Below the pieces are notes generated by a model. That model had not been told where the DNA came from, searched no databases, and worked only from the letters and a program-made list of their open reading frames with translations. Positions 16,361 through 26,497 of a stretch of DNA of 64,000 nt are shown here, piece by piece (positions within the stretch are counted from its first letter, which is position 1; every line of letters begins with the position of its first letter). Source of the DNA: a virus. A program made the translations under genes and the position numbers. The stretch is from IMG/VR virus record IMGVR_UViG_3300045988_177924, one strand, 5' to 3'.

Positions 16361-18305
16361 AGCCAATAAGACCACAAACAAAGGTGGCCGTCCAAAGAAA
16401 CAAATTCCCATTACCGAACAAGAACAACCGCAAGACTCCAAGTTGTTGATGACGACAGGAGGCGCTGGGACCGAAGTTAAAGATGTGTTGCAAGGCTGCA
16501 CGGATTTCTTTAATCGGTTTTTAGGAGATGTTGATTCCAACAGTGTTCTTGGTCAAGGTATTTATAATTTAAATCAATATAATCCATTTTTACAAAATAC
16601 ACGATTGAAGACGTTGGCGGGTCTGCCAATTGAGATGAGCAAAGATGGTATTATCAATGCGTTAAAAAACCCTCAATTCCACGAGGAAGATATTCGTGGG
16701 GCAGCGGCTTCATTATCGTCAAGCCAGTATTTGTATTATAAAATACTTCGTCAAGCGGGTGATATCCCTCTAATGAAGTATGTTAAATATCCGCCTTTTT
16801 TAGAAGCATCTGAATATAAAACGGAAAAATTCAAAAAAGATGACGACTTTGTGGACGAGTGGCTCGAAAAATTCGATATAGTGAACACTTTTAAACGCAT
16901 TGCGATTGAAGTGAAACGCGAAGGTAAGCCGAGTTATTTGTTGCGTAGTCATGTGACAAAAAAAGGTGGTAAAAAGATTGTAGATTATGCGGCGTTGCAA
17001 AAACTCCCGCCACAATTTGTCAAACTTACGGCAATTGGGGAACATGGTTTTGTAGCAAGTTTTAATTTAATGGTCTTTATGAATCCAGCATTTGTTCCTG
17101 ATCAATACCCCGCTTTTATTCAAAGAGTGTGGAGTGATATGATCAATAATAAAATTGCAGTCTTCGATCCTAAGAAAAATTCATACAAATTGGACATTGC
17201 GAAAGCGACTAACTACGCGTTCGTCGATGAGGACGGCAATTCTTATGATACATTGCTGGAGAGGACTGAAAAAAGGACATATATGTTCTGGGTCCAATTA
17301 CCTCAAGATTTGTGTTATACTTTCTGTAGCGATACCTCTACAGCTACCGCAGCGCCTGATACAGCAGGTCTATTTATGGATTTGCAAGAATTGACGGATT
17401 ACTCGGTACTGGCGGGACTTATTGCTAGTACACCTTTGACGTCGTTGCTGACGGGTGAAATTGAGCTGATCCCTAATCCATCAACCGGTCGTGATCAGAC
17501 GGCAATGAACCCCGAAACGGTTTTAAAATTCCAAAACTTGTTTAACAGTATGACGAGCACTAATACGGAAGCGTTCTTTGCTCCGTTGAAGAATTTAAAA
17601 TTGCAAAGTCTTAATAACGTTCCTAACAGTAGTGACATTAAGACTAAAGCGGTTTCAAACTTTATTAGTGTCGCGGGCGAAGGGGGCAATATTATCGCTA
17701 CTGAAAAACCGAGTATTGCGCAGGTAAAAACTGCTAATATGCTTTCGGCTGCCCAATATGATTTTGTGGTGAAACAGTTTAAATCAGCACTTAACAATAT
17801 TGTTCAAGAATGTATAGGTGCCGATTACAAATGGAAAGTGGATATCTTTGGGGATATTTTCTCTGAACAAAATCAGAAAAAGTATTTGAAAGAACTGGTT
17901 ACCGCAGGTATGAAAGGTTTGGTTCCTAAACTTCTTGCTTACGAGGATATAACTGTTAAAGACTCTAAAGCAGCAGAATTGTATTTGGACTCAATTGGAT
18001 TCTATGACAATTTAACAACGCTCACGCAAGTTGCGGCCTCAAAGTTAAATACACAACAAGAAAAGTCAGCCGACTTAAACACTAACGAAGATGGTTCGGC
18101 TAAGAAAGTTGGCCGTCCCGCATTAGAAGATGAAGATATAGAGTCTGATGAGACTGCTGCGTCACGCGAAAAAGGCGAAAACACAAGCGAGAATAAGGAT
18201 ATATATGCCGCAAAACGGTGTGCAATTTGCGGGGCAGAATTAGACAACGAAGATGATGTTCTTTGCGATGATTGTTGCGAGGCATATCTCGAAGAGCACA
18301 ACTAA
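16353..18305 (+). CDS. putative portal protein (positional and size call), with C-terminal Cys cluster
   Basis: 650 aa, downstream of terL. Acidic C-terminus ending CAICGAEL..CDDCCE. No motif-level proof. Confidence 0.5.
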   Translation: MGEANKTTNKGGRPKKQIPITEQEQPQDSKLLMTTGGAGTEVKDVLQGCTDFFNRFLGDVDSNSVLGQGIYNLNQYNPFLQNTRLKTLAGLPIEMSKDGIINALKNPQFHEEDIRGAAASLSSSQYLYYKILRQAGDIPLMKYVKYPPFLEASEYKTEKFKKDDDFVDEWLEKFDIVNTFKRIAIEVKREGKPSYLLRSHVTKKGGKKIVDYAALQKLPPQFVKLTAIGEHGFVASFNLMVFMNPAFVPDQYPAFIQRVWSDMINNKIAVFDPKKNSYKLDIAKATNYAFVDEDGNSYDTLLERTEKRTYMFWVQLPQDLCYTFCSDTSTATAAPDTAGLFMDLQELTDYSVLAGLIASTPLTSLLTGEIELIPNPSTGRDQTAMNPETVLKFQNLFNSMTSTNTEAFFAPLKNLKLQSLNNVPNSSDIKTKAVSNFISVAGEGGNIIATEKPSIAQVKTANMLSAAQYDFVVKQFKSALNNIVQECIGADYKWKVDIFGDIFSEQNQKKYLKELVTAGMKGLVPKLLAYEDITVKDSKAAELYLDSIGFYDNLTTLTQVAASKLNTQQEKSADLNTNEDGSAKKVGRPALEDEDIESDETAASREKGENTSENKDIYAAKRCAICGAELDNEDDVLCDDCCEAYLEEHN

Positions 18306-18324
18306 ATAAAGGAGGAAGTTAATC

Positions 18325-18828
18325 GTGAGATTACATGAAGAAACTTATAATGCGTTAAATGAGCTAATGAAGATGTGTTTTGAGATGAATGCTGTTGCTG
18401 ACAATATCTACTATAATATGGCAAATCTGTATTATAATCATTCAGCAGAGTTATTCCATCATAGTTATGCACACGCTTGGGGTCAAGTTGCGGATATGAT
18501 TAGCGACGAAATGCTCAAATTAAACGCGAGACCAATTAGGCTACCCGTGGAGGGAGCAAATGAAGAATATGATAATCTTGAACTCATGATGGTCGTCAAT
18601 TTGGCTGCTGTTAATAAGGTTTTTGAGAAGTGTAAGGAAATCGTAGATTTGGCGGATATGCTGGACGATGTGGACATCAGAATTTTTGGAGAAAATTTAC
18701 TTAATGGTGTATTGTTGAATTATGTAAAACAATCAGACGAGTGGCTTAAGGTTATAAAAACCGTACCGGCGTACCATTTTGATATTCACTTTAGCGATTA
18801 TACACACTTCATTCCTATTGTCGAATGA
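18325..18828 (+). CDS. hypothetical helical protein, 167 aa
   Basis: ORF track (GTG start after GGAGGA). Confidence 0.55.
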   Translation: MRLHEETYNALNELMKMCFEMNAVADNIYYNMANLYYNHSAELFHHSYAHAWGQVADMISDEMLKLNARPIRLPVEGANEEYDNLELMMVVNLAAVNKVFEKCKEIVDLADMLDDVDIRIFGENLLNGVLLNYVKQSDEWLKVIKTVPAYHFDIHFSDYTHFIPIVE

Positions 18829-18836
18829 GGTAAATT

Positions 18837-19547
18837 ATGGGTCCTGGAGAAATTGTAAAATTAATTATTGAATATGGTATTTATCCTGTTCTTATGGGAA
18901 TTCTTTTGTGGCTACTTTTAGCTATACAAAAACGGCAAAACCGTGCAGCAGAAGAACAGGAGAAACGCCTAACAGGTCTTATCGATTCGAGTGTTAAATT
19001 AGCCATACACGATTCTAAAAAACATGGTCCAATAGAAGAGGCCGACAACCGTAAGGTTGCGACCTACATTAAATCTCAATTAAACACAATCGTTCAGGAA
19101 AATGGTGCAAATCGCGCCTTTTGTGTAGCATATCATAATGGCGGCACATATCTAAACGCGCGTAATTTTTCTAAATGCAGCATAGTGGCTGAAAGTGTGG
19201 ATAACCAAACAAGACCGTTTATGATGGATTATCAAAATGTCCAACGGGCTTTGTTTATTGAGTTGGATAATGAGTTGGCCACAAAGGGCGAATGTTATAT
19301 TGATGATATTGAGTCGATAAAAGATAGAAACCCTGGTAGTTATCATTTTTTAAAGTGCTGGGGTAGTGATGCTATTTATTTCAAAGCTTTGGTGGATAAC
19401 ACTTCTGATGTTGTGTTAGGGTTCATTGCGGCTGAATTTAATACAAAAACGCCCGAGGATAAAGAAGCTTTAAAATTATGTTTGAGTAAAAGAGCTCAAC
19501 GCATTTCTGGAGCCCTTCAATTTTCTCACGCTGAATCAGAAATATAG
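18837..19547 (+). CDS. hypothetical protein with N-terminal transmembrane helix
   Basis: Hydrophobic segment IYPVLMGILLWLLLAI near the N-terminus. Confidence 0.6.
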   Translation: MGPGEIVKLIIEYGIYPVLMGILLWLLLAIQKRQNRAAEEQEKRLTGLIDSSVKLAIHDSKKHGPIEEADNRKVATYIKSQLNTIVQENGANRAFCVAYHNGGTYLNARNFSKCSIVAESVDNQTRPFMMDYQNVQRALFIELDNELATKGECYIDDIESIKDRNPGSYHFLKCWGSDAIYFKALVDNTSDVVLGFIAAEFNTKTPEDKEALKLCLSKRAQRISGALQFSHAESEI

Positions 19548-19564
19548 TAAGGAGGCTGAAACTT

Positions 19565-21025
19565 ATGAATCCAATGGTGTTTAGCCTAGAGGCCGATAGG
19601 ATTAAGTTAAAGAAAATACTTGGTAGTAATTTCTTACAACTTGAGATGAAGGCTATTTCAGAAGGCGAAAATCGTAATCACAGTAGCTTCTCTTTAGAAG
19701 CGATGCAGGGGGCTCTTCCCAGTTTTAGAAACAAACCAATTTTGGGATATTTTAATACAAAAGAGCAAGATTTTGAATCTCACAACGGCACTTGGAAAAG
19801 AGATTCTGAGACCGACACACCTTATTGGGACACAACTATGCCCAACGGTGAGAGAATATTAGGATTGATCAGAGAGTCTGATTCTATCTCTATAGAGCCT
19901 GATAATAAGGGGAAAAATTGGATTGTACTTACATGCGCTCTGTGGGTACAATACGCTTTGCCTCAAATTAAAAGGTTGCTTAAAGATAAGAAAAAGAAAG
20001 TCTCTGTTGAGATCGATATAAAGGACTACGAGGATAGGGATGGTATCAGATATATCAATAAGTTTGAACTTCTGGGCATCACTATATTAGGTTCGAAAAA
20101 CGGGAAACCAGTTACGGAAGGTATCGAGGGTGCATCGGCGTCAGTCTTGGATATCATCGATAATGAGGTTTTCAACAGACAGAAGACGGCATTGTGTTTT
20201 GCCTACAAAGAATTGGATGGCGACGCAATGGAAGTCGAAAAATCTAACAAGGAGGATAGCGAGCAGTTGGACAATGAATTGACTTTACAGGAAGAAGCCC
20301 AAGTCGTTAACTGTAGTGAAGGTGAAGTGGCGCAAGAAGAGTGCCCAGTTGCACCGGAACAAGAAGACGCTCAGTGTCAAGATTGCCATATGGACGACGA
20401 TAACGACGACGATCAAGATGACGATCAAGATGATGACGATTCAGATGACGACAAAGGTACCGATAATCCTGAACCTGCATATTCGGAATGTCCCTCTGGT
20501 GAAGAAGGTGCAGAACCTGCTTATTCGGGAGAGCCCGAAGGCGACGGCGAACCTGCCCCTAATCCAGAAGCAGAGCTTTTGATGAAATGCGGCGAACTCG
20601 AAGCAAAAAATTGCGAACTTATGAAACGCATTGAAGAGCTTGAGTGTAAGATGGCCGAAAAAGAAGAAGCTTATTCTAAATATTTCGATTATGACGAGAT
20701 CAAAGAACAACTCGCTAAAGCCAACCAAGCGCTATTTGCTATTGAGTGCGAGAAGCGTGTGGCAGAAGCGCACGAGCTTTTGGATGACGAAAACGTCAAT
20801 AAAGAGCAATGTGATGCGATTTTCGATAAGTGCGCACGTGGCGAGTATGCTTCGTCTGACGCATTGCGTGCAGAAGTAGCATTGGCAGTCTTTAACGCGA
20901 ACAAGGGCAGTAAAACTCACAAAAAAGAGACGTTTACCACACCTATCGCAAAACCCGTAGAAATCAAATCTGAGAAGAATATGAGTGCTATGGACAAACT
21001 AAAACTGTATGTTGGAAGAGAATAA
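19565..21025 (+). CDS. putative scaffolding / prohead-maturation protein with poly-acidic linker and coiled-coil C-terminus
   Basis: Sits upstream of the capsid genes. DDDNDDDQDDDQDDDDSDDD tract and a heptad-like C-terminal region. Confidence 0.45.
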   Translation: MNPMVFSLEADRIKLKKILGSNFLQLEMKAISEGENRNHSSFSLEAMQGALPSFRNKPILGYFNTKEQDFESHNGTWKRDSETDTPYWDTTMPNGERILGLIRESDSISIEPDNKGKNWIVLTCALWVQYALPQIKRLLKDKKKKVSVEIDIKDYEDRDGIRYINKFELLGITILGSKNGKPVTEGIEGASASVLDIIDNEVFNRQKTALCFAYKELDGDAMEVEKSNKEDSEQLDNELTLQEEAQVVNCSEGEVAQEECPVAPEQEDAQCQDCHMDDDNDDDQDDDQDDDDSDDDKGTDNPEPAYSECPSGEEGAEPAYSGEPEGDGEPAPNPEAELLMKCGELEAKNCELMKRIEELECKMAEKEEAYSKYFDYDEIKEQLAKANQALFAIECEKRVAEAHELLDDENVNKEQCDAIFDKCARGEYASSDALRAEVALAVFNANKGSKTHKKETFTTPIAKPVEIKSEKNMSAMDKLKLYVGRE

Positions 21026-21080
21026 TCAGCATACGAAAAATAATACATTTTATTTAATTATATAAAGGAGAAAACTTATT

Positions 21081-21641
21081 ATGGCAAAAGTGTTTAGAGC
21101 GGCTGAAATGATGTCGGAAGACGTTCAGTCCTATGTAATTTCCTGCCAATACCAAGCTAACAGCGTCGACGCTCCTATCGAAGACGGCGCGTTTGTTAAA
21201 CTTGGCGAACTCAAAGACGATAAAACTTATGTTGCAGCTGGCGATAAAGATTACAACGTTTATCTCGCTGCTGCGCCGACCGCTGTGACCGACGAAGTTG
21301 TCGTTATCGATTATCCTGGCGTTTCTGAAGGAGCTATCTCTGGTAACTCTTATAGAATTGGCGTCAAACTTTTTGACCTTGTAGCACCTGCTGGCCGTCC
21401 TGTTCGTGCTCGCAGACTTGCTCTCCATGACAGATTCTGGCTTGGCGAAGGCAACTTTAATGGTGCTGTTGTCGTTGGCAACATCGCGGGTCTTGAAGCA
21501 AACAAAACGACCCTTAAAGACAGTGGTGCGCAAACTATTGTTGAGGGTCAACTCAATGTCAAAATTCACCTCGGCAAAGATTTCAACTATGGCCAGTCGG
21601 CCAATGGCAAACTCTATCTTTGCGAAGTCGTTGGACTTTAA
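21081..21641 (+). CDS. putative head decoration / minor capsid protein
   Basis: 186 aa, directly upstream of the capsid candidate. Strong RBS and a codon pattern like the other abundant virion genes. The long minus-strand ORFs here are antisense artefacts. Confidence 0.4.
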   Translation: MAKVFRAAEMMSEDVQSYVISCQYQANSVDAPIEDGAFVKLGELKDDKTYVAAGDKDYNVYLAAAPTAVTDEVVVIDYPGVSEGAISGNSYRIGVKLFDLVAPAGRPVRARRLALHDRFWLGEGNFNGAVVVGNIAGLEANKTTLKDSGAQTIVEGQLNVKIHLGKDFNYGQSANGKLYLCEVVGL

Positions 21642-21660
21642 TTAAGGGAGGACTACAGCA

Positions 21661-22758
21661 ATGATGGAACATTTCAATTTTAATAGTCAAGACGACAATT
21701 TCAACGCAATCATCAATTCGATCGTTGAAAGTGCTCAAGCTCATTATGAAGCAAAATCTGAGCCCTCGAAAGACGACCTCAGACTCCAAAACGAAGCAAT
21801 CGTTAAATACGCGCTTGAAGGCACCCGTTTCGAAGCTAAATTCGAGCAGGAAGGCCTTGCTTGCATGAAGAATCCTCAAATCACGAAAAACGAAACCGTT
21901 CGTAGCAACTTCGAAGCTGTTATCGCTGAAGTAGTCAATGCGATCGCTCCGTCGGTTACCAGTGCGGATTATTCGAGATTCCTTGCTGAAGTTCGTCAAA
22001 TCGGTTGGGGCGACACTGGTCGTTTCATTATCCGTTCTAACGAGCTCTTCAAAGTCAACGAAATCGCAGAAGGTGTAAACCGTGGTGTATTGCAACCCAT
22101 CTTCGATAACGAAGTTACGGTTAACCCCTCGCCGATCGAAATCGCAACGGCTATTGACTGGTATGCAGTCGCGGCTGGTGTGTTCGATTGGGGTGACTTC
22201 GGTCTCCGTGCTGGTCGTTCGTTCGAAGCATATATCTTCCTGAAAGTTATTGCTGCTATGACTTCGGTCACGGGCGATATGATGGGCGCTGGTTATATTG
22301 CTAACGGCTACACTCCCGCTAACTGGACCGGCCTTGTTCAGAAAGTTTCGGCGGCAAACGGTGGCGCTCCCGTTTATGCAATTGGTTCGCTTGGTGCGTT
22401 GATGAAAGTCAACACCACGGGTGCTAACGGCCTTGGCCTTCAATATTTTGTTGGCGAAGATTATCTCTCCAAGGGCTATCTTGATAAATTCCTTGGCGCG
22501 AGAATGATTCCCGTTGATCCCGCTCTCGTTCCGACAACCATCAATACGACGGCTGACCTTGCGGTTCCCGATAACAAGATTTATCTGGTTGCGGCAGATG
22601 CGTACAAACCTGTTAAGATCGTTTTCGAAGGCACTTCGATGACGGTTGAAAGAATCCCCGAAGAAACCACTGACAAGAGATACGGTATCCGTATTCAAAT
22701 GAGGGTTGGTGTTTCGGCGATCGTTGGTTCGAAATTTGGTCGTATCGATCTTCAATAA
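21661..22758 (+). CDS. putative major capsid protein
   Basis: 365 aa, positioned after the scaffold gene. Strong RBS GGGAGG and a strong terminator immediately downstream. Positional call only. Confidence 0.55.
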   Translation: MMEHFNFNSQDDNFNAIINSIVESAQAHYEAKSEPSKDDLRLQNEAIVKYALEGTRFEAKFEQEGLACMKNPQITKNETVRSNFEAVIAEVVNAIAPSVTSADYSRFLAEVRQIGWGDTGRFIIRSNELFKVNEIAEGVNRGVLQPIFDNEVTVNPSPIEIATAIDWYAVAAGVFDWGDFGLRAGRSFEAYIFLKVIAAMTSVTGDMMGAGYIANGYTPANWTGLVQKVSAANGGAPVYAIGSLGALMKVNTTGANGLGLQYFVGEDYLSKGYLDKFLGARMIPVDPALVPTTINTTADLAVPDNKIYLVAADAYKPVKIVFEGTSMTVERIPEETTDKRYGIRIQMRVGVSAIVGSKFGRIDLQ

Positions 22759-22777
22759 TTAATTTAAAGTCTAATTA

Positions 22778-22803
22778 GGGCCTCCTTTTGGAGGCCCTTG
22801 TTG
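22778..22803 (+). terminator. intrinsic terminator after the capsid gene
   Basis: gggcctcc-tttt-ggaggccc, followed by a T-rich stretch. Confidence 0.75.
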
Positions 22804-22845
22804 AGACTTATTATCTTAGATTTTTAGTTCACAAGGAGACTTATT

Positions 22846-23538
22846 ATGGCAAATAACAAGGAAGCTACCCAGACGGTAGAAAAGGCAATAAAAGAAGAAA
22901 AGGTTGTAAAAACTGAAATTAAACCTGATAACAAACAGGAAGAAATAGATTTTTTGCGTAATCAAAACGCAGAACTTCAAGATGCAATGAAGTCTTTGAT
23001 GGCTCAGTTTGCAGAATTGAAGAATAATATAGCGACGCCTGTTGCTCAATCGACGAGTTATAATCGTAATGACGAAGTGACGATTGTCCATCTGTTTGAT
23101 AATGCGCCTGGTATTACCACACACATCGATCTGTCAAATTATTCTATTGATATGGCAGCATTCGGCGAAGTAAGAACTCTTACGGTTCAACAATTTGAAG
23201 AGTTGGTCGGCAGATATCGCTCTTGGTTTGATCGTGGTATTATTGCTGTCGGTGCTGGTTCGGAATACTATGCACGTCGTAACAATCTTAAAATGGCGTC
23301 TGAGTCGTTGATAAGCTCTGAGTTTATTCGCAAACTTGGTACACTTCCTATGAATGAAGTGCAGGATATTTATGAAAAAGTTTGCGATGGTCAAAAAGAT
23401 TTCATTGTAAGTTACTGGAAACGTAAATTCATTGAAAAAGCACCGGAATTCAGAGATTTGAAAAAGTTGCAGATTCTTAATGGTTTTACCAACAACGCGT
23501 TCGAGTACGAAATCCTCGAGCTAACTACTAACAAATAA
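22846..23538 (+). CDS. hypothetical virion-module protein, 230 aa
   Basis: ORF track, with RBS AAGGAG. Confidence 0.6.
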   Translation: MANNKEATQTVEKAIKEEKVVKTEIKPDNKQEEIDFLRNQNAELQDAMKSLMAQFAELKNNIATPVAQSTSYNRNDEVTIVHLFDNAPGITTHIDLSNYSIDMAAFGEVRTLTVQQFEELVGRYRSWFDRGIIAVGAGSEYYARRNNLKMASESLISSEFIRKLGTLPMNEVQDIYEKVCDGQKDFIVSYWKRKFIEKAPEFRDLKKLQILNGFTNNAFEYEILELTTNK

Positions 23539-23557
23539 TTTTTAATAGGGGGTCGTT

Positions 23558-24250
23558 ATGATTCTATTTGAAGATATTTTTAATCGCGCGGTGAATTTAT
23601 TCGATGACCCCGATATTTTACGTGCTTATGAACTCAACCCCGTTGAATTTTCAAAAACAATGAGACCATACTTGATTAACGGCTTAGGGATGTTTGCAAA
23701 TCCCACAACAGTTTCCTCAAGGTTTTCTAATTATACAGAAGCTCAAGGAAGGTTAGAGGTTTTTGACGGCAACGGTGGCGCTAGTTATACTTTGTCTACG
23801 ACTCCGCTGGATAATGCGGTAATGAGTTTTTTCATTGGAAAAACACCCGATCCACTGGCGGAGTACAATCCCGAAACCAAAGTCGTGACATTCTCGCACG
23901 ACGTGCCAAACGGAACACCTTGTTCGGCTGAGTGGTATTATGCTGGCGAGTTTGCGGCAGATTTCACAGGGTTTTCGTCAAACATTTCGTCTGCGTTTAT
24001 AGAATCGCGTACGAAAGATATTTTAGCACACTGTTTGCTTTTGGGGTGGGCTGAGAATGAAAAGAACTTCATGTTGGATATTCGCAATATTTTAACTGAT
24101 ACAGATTTTAAATTACATTCGCCGGCCAATTCTGTAAGAGCAAAAACCGAGTGGTACCAAAATATCCGTGAAGGTTTAAATGATTTGACACAGAAGTTAT
24201 CATGGGATTTATGGTCAGGAGCAATTGGAGGTAAACAAATTGGCAAATAA
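23558..24250 (+). CDS. hypothetical virion-module protein (head-tail connector region by position)
   Basis: ORF track, with RBS GGGGG. Confidence 0.55.
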   Translation: MILFEDIFNRAVNLFDDPDILRAYELNPVEFSKTMRPYLINGLGMFANPTTVSSRFSNYTEAQGRLEVFDGNGGASYTLSTTPLDNAVMSFFIGKTPDPLAEYNPETKVVTFSHDVPNGTPCSAEWYYAGEFAADFTGFSSNISSAFIESRTKDILAHCLLLGWAENEKNFMLDIRNILTDTDFKLHSPANSVRAKTEWYQNIREGLNDLTQKLSWDLWSGAIGGKQIGK

Positions 24251-24563
24251 GTTAATACTACCCTTAGAGGCAAAAAAAGATTACCTTCACAAACTGAGTA
24301 AGCGATGTATAAAAATTCTGTATCTTATTGAAGATGAAACCAAAAACACTGTTCAAGATGAACATAGAATCACTGCGGATGATTATATTGTAAGCCAGTT
24401 GTTTGAGGTGAATTCGGCCAATATTTTATTTGATGGTGCTTTGGTTGATGTAATTGTAAAACTAAACGGTATTCGAGATTATAAAAATCTCCCTTATTCG
24501 TTGGTGCGGAAACAAATTTTTGAAACCAAAGGCATTATCGATCATTTGTTAAAAAGCTTGTGA
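24225..24563 (+). CDS. hypothetical protein, about 107-112 aa
   Basis: ORF track. An alternative TTG start at 24240 lies after GGAGGT. Confidence 0.5.
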   Translation: MEVNKLANKLILPLEAKKDYLHKLSKRCIKILYLIEDETKNTVQDEHRITADDYIVSQLFEVNSANILFDGALVDVIVKLNGIRDYKNLPYSLVRKQIFETKGIIDHLLKSL

Positions 24564-24582
24564 TAATGAGGAGGTGGTGCGA

Positions 24583-25725
24583 ATGGGTAAAGTTTATGAT
24601 ACTACAAACAGACCAAATCCTTATAATTTGATTTCACAAACTCCACGCAATTACGTACCTCAAAATTATTGGCTAAAAGAAATTCAAGATAAGGTAGATG
24701 CCGACTGGGATTATCGTCCCAATCGTGCATTGATTGAACAAGAGACGGCAATTGGGACAAACCAGTTCGTCCCCTTGGAGGTCGTTTTACAAACAGTTAA
24801 AACCGATAAAGGCGTTCCGATTTCTGACGACTGGCGTCGCGTGGTATTTCGCGATGTGCACTATCAATGTCCCTTGGGATTAAAATTTAAATTTTCATTC
24901 CAATATGATATTGATGAGCCAGAGGAAAACAAGAGTATTTGGTTAACGACTAACCGTAATACCGGTGGCGCAACCGCAAGCGCCATTATTGCGCGATGCA
25001 ACGGTACTTTAGGTAGCGAATACTTAGACGCTCAAGGTATAACACATTATCATTATGAGCCTGCAGTTCAAACAAAAGAGCTTGCTGGCGTTAACATAGT
25101 GTATAATCAGACAGCGGTAAGCCAATCATCGGATTTAACCGTAATTGTGCAGCACAATGAGTTTACGCGTAAATATTATGTCAACCAACGGTTTATTGTT
25201 GGATATGATCAAGTTTATCGTATACAAGCAATTAGCAAATTTGCTTCAAATCGCACATTTGTGGATGATGATTTAGGAACAATTATTCTGTATTTTGAAG
25301 TTGTCCAAAAATCTGAATACGATAATTTTCAAACGCGCATTGCGTATAACCAAAAAGAAAGCGTTGTTGTTGAAGAAACTGGCACAGAAACGGATTATCA
25401 AATCCGATTAGACGAACCATCTGTTATTCCCGAAACGCTTTCAAATGAGCCGTTGATATTTAAGCCTGTGGTATATGCTTCTGGTGTATCTACCGATACG
25501 CCGGTTGTAACTACGTATCAACTTATGAATGCCTCTAGTCCACCACAACCCGTTGACGATTCAGTTAGAGACAAATATGTCAAATTTGAGCAATTGGAAG
25601 GTAATAGCTTTTCGTTGCAAAAATTAAAATTCTATCCGGCGGGGAATTTAGAAGTTACCTGCAAGGCAATTCTTGAAGGTGTGGACGTGACATATAAATT
25701 TAATATTTCACTAAGGGGGTTATAA
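24583..25725 (+). CDS. hypothetical virion-module protein, 380 aa
   Basis: Start moved to ATG 24583, which is 8 nt after AGGAGG. Confidence 0.6.
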   Translation: MGKVYDTTNRPNPYNLISQTPRNYVPQNYWLKEIQDKVDADWDYRPNRALIEQETAIGTNQFVPLEVVLQTVKTDKGVPISDDWRRVVFRDVHYQCPLGLKFKFSFQYDIDEPEENKSIWLTTNRNTGGATASAIIARCNGTLGSEYLDAQGITHYHYEPAVQTKELAGVNIVYNQTAVSQSSDLTVIVQHNEFTRKYYVNQRFIVGYDQVYRIQAISKFASNRTFVDDDLGTIILYFEVVQKSEYDNFQTRIAYNQKESVVVEETGTETDYQIRLDEPSVIPETLSNEPLIFKPVVYASGVSTDTPVVTTYQLMNASSPPQPVDDSVRDKYVKFEQLEGNSFSLQKLKFYPAGNLEVTCKAILEGVDVTYKFNISLRGL

Positions 25726-25731
25726 GGTATT

Positions 25732-26424
25732 ATGGCAGGATATCAAGGTAGTTATGATGAGATGAGCAACTATAATAGGTTTACCAACCTTGACAGCATC
25801 GAGTGGAAAATCATATCCCATTTGTTGTATAGTCAAACGAAAAATGCTCAAAATATTTGGAAAATCTTAAAGTATCCAACCATGGATTGTTTGTTTAAAG
25901 ACAATGTTTCACTCGAAGAGCGTTATGCTCTAATCGACACTGAAGATGGTCAAGAAACAAATAAAAGAGTGTTTTTATCCAGATATGTTGACGACGCGTG
26001 GACTGAACAATGTGCACATCTCCATATTTATATAGACGGCATTTTCCCGACTAACCACGAGGTTGCTGTAGTTAATATTGCGTTAGAAACAATTTCACAC
26101 AGCAAGATTATTAAAATTATGGGAGATGCCGACGCACAAGATATAAACCCCTTACTTCCCAATCCGAATCCCAACGATTCGGATAAAAAAGGAGAAGCGG
26201 TGGTTTTATATAAAAATCGCGAGAGCGTTCTGTTAAAGAGCGTGATTGCAGAGTTGAACGGTTTGTATTTGGATGGAATTGGGTACTTCCAGTTTAACCA
26301 AAAAACAAATTATTATAACAACTCACAACAAAATTTGTGGAATGGTCGAACCTATCTGGGCCACGTTACCAAGATGGCAATGTTGGTATCAGGATTAGCG
26401 GAAGGACCGAATAGCAATTTCTAA
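25732..26424 (+). CDS. hypothetical virion-module protein, 230 aa
   Basis: ORF track. Confidence 0.6.
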   Translation: MAGYQGSYDEMSNYNRFTNLDSIEWKIISHLLYSQTKNAQNIWKILKYPTMDCLFKDNVSLEERYALIDTEDGQETNKRVFLSRYVDDAWTEQCAHLHIYIDGIFPTNHEVAVVNIALETISHSKIIKIMGDADAQDINPLLPNPNPNDSDKKGEAVVLYKNRESVLLKSVIAELNGLYLDGIGYFQFNQKTNYYNNSQQNLWNGRTYLGHVTKMAMLVSGLAEGPNSNF

Positions 26425-26497
26425 AGGATTTCAATAGCTTAAAATGAGCGCAATATATTAATAGCTACTGAAATATAAGGATGAGAGGGAGGATAGA

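Noticed and set aside
18325-18828. Possible Dps/ferritin-like four-helix-bundle protein
   Set aside because: A His/Asp/Glu pattern (HH..H....D..SDE) is superficially reminiscent, but the spacing of the putative ferroxidase ligands does not match Dps. It is left as hypothetical.
21054-22755. Long minus-strand ORFs (171 aa at 21054..21569 and 390 aa at 21583..22755) opposite the capsid-region genes
   Set aside because: They are antisense to strongly supported + strand genes with good RBSs. Their translations are R/N/F/S-rich and low-complexity, with no RBS. The stop-poor antisense frame is a by-product of the biased codon usage of highly expressed genes.
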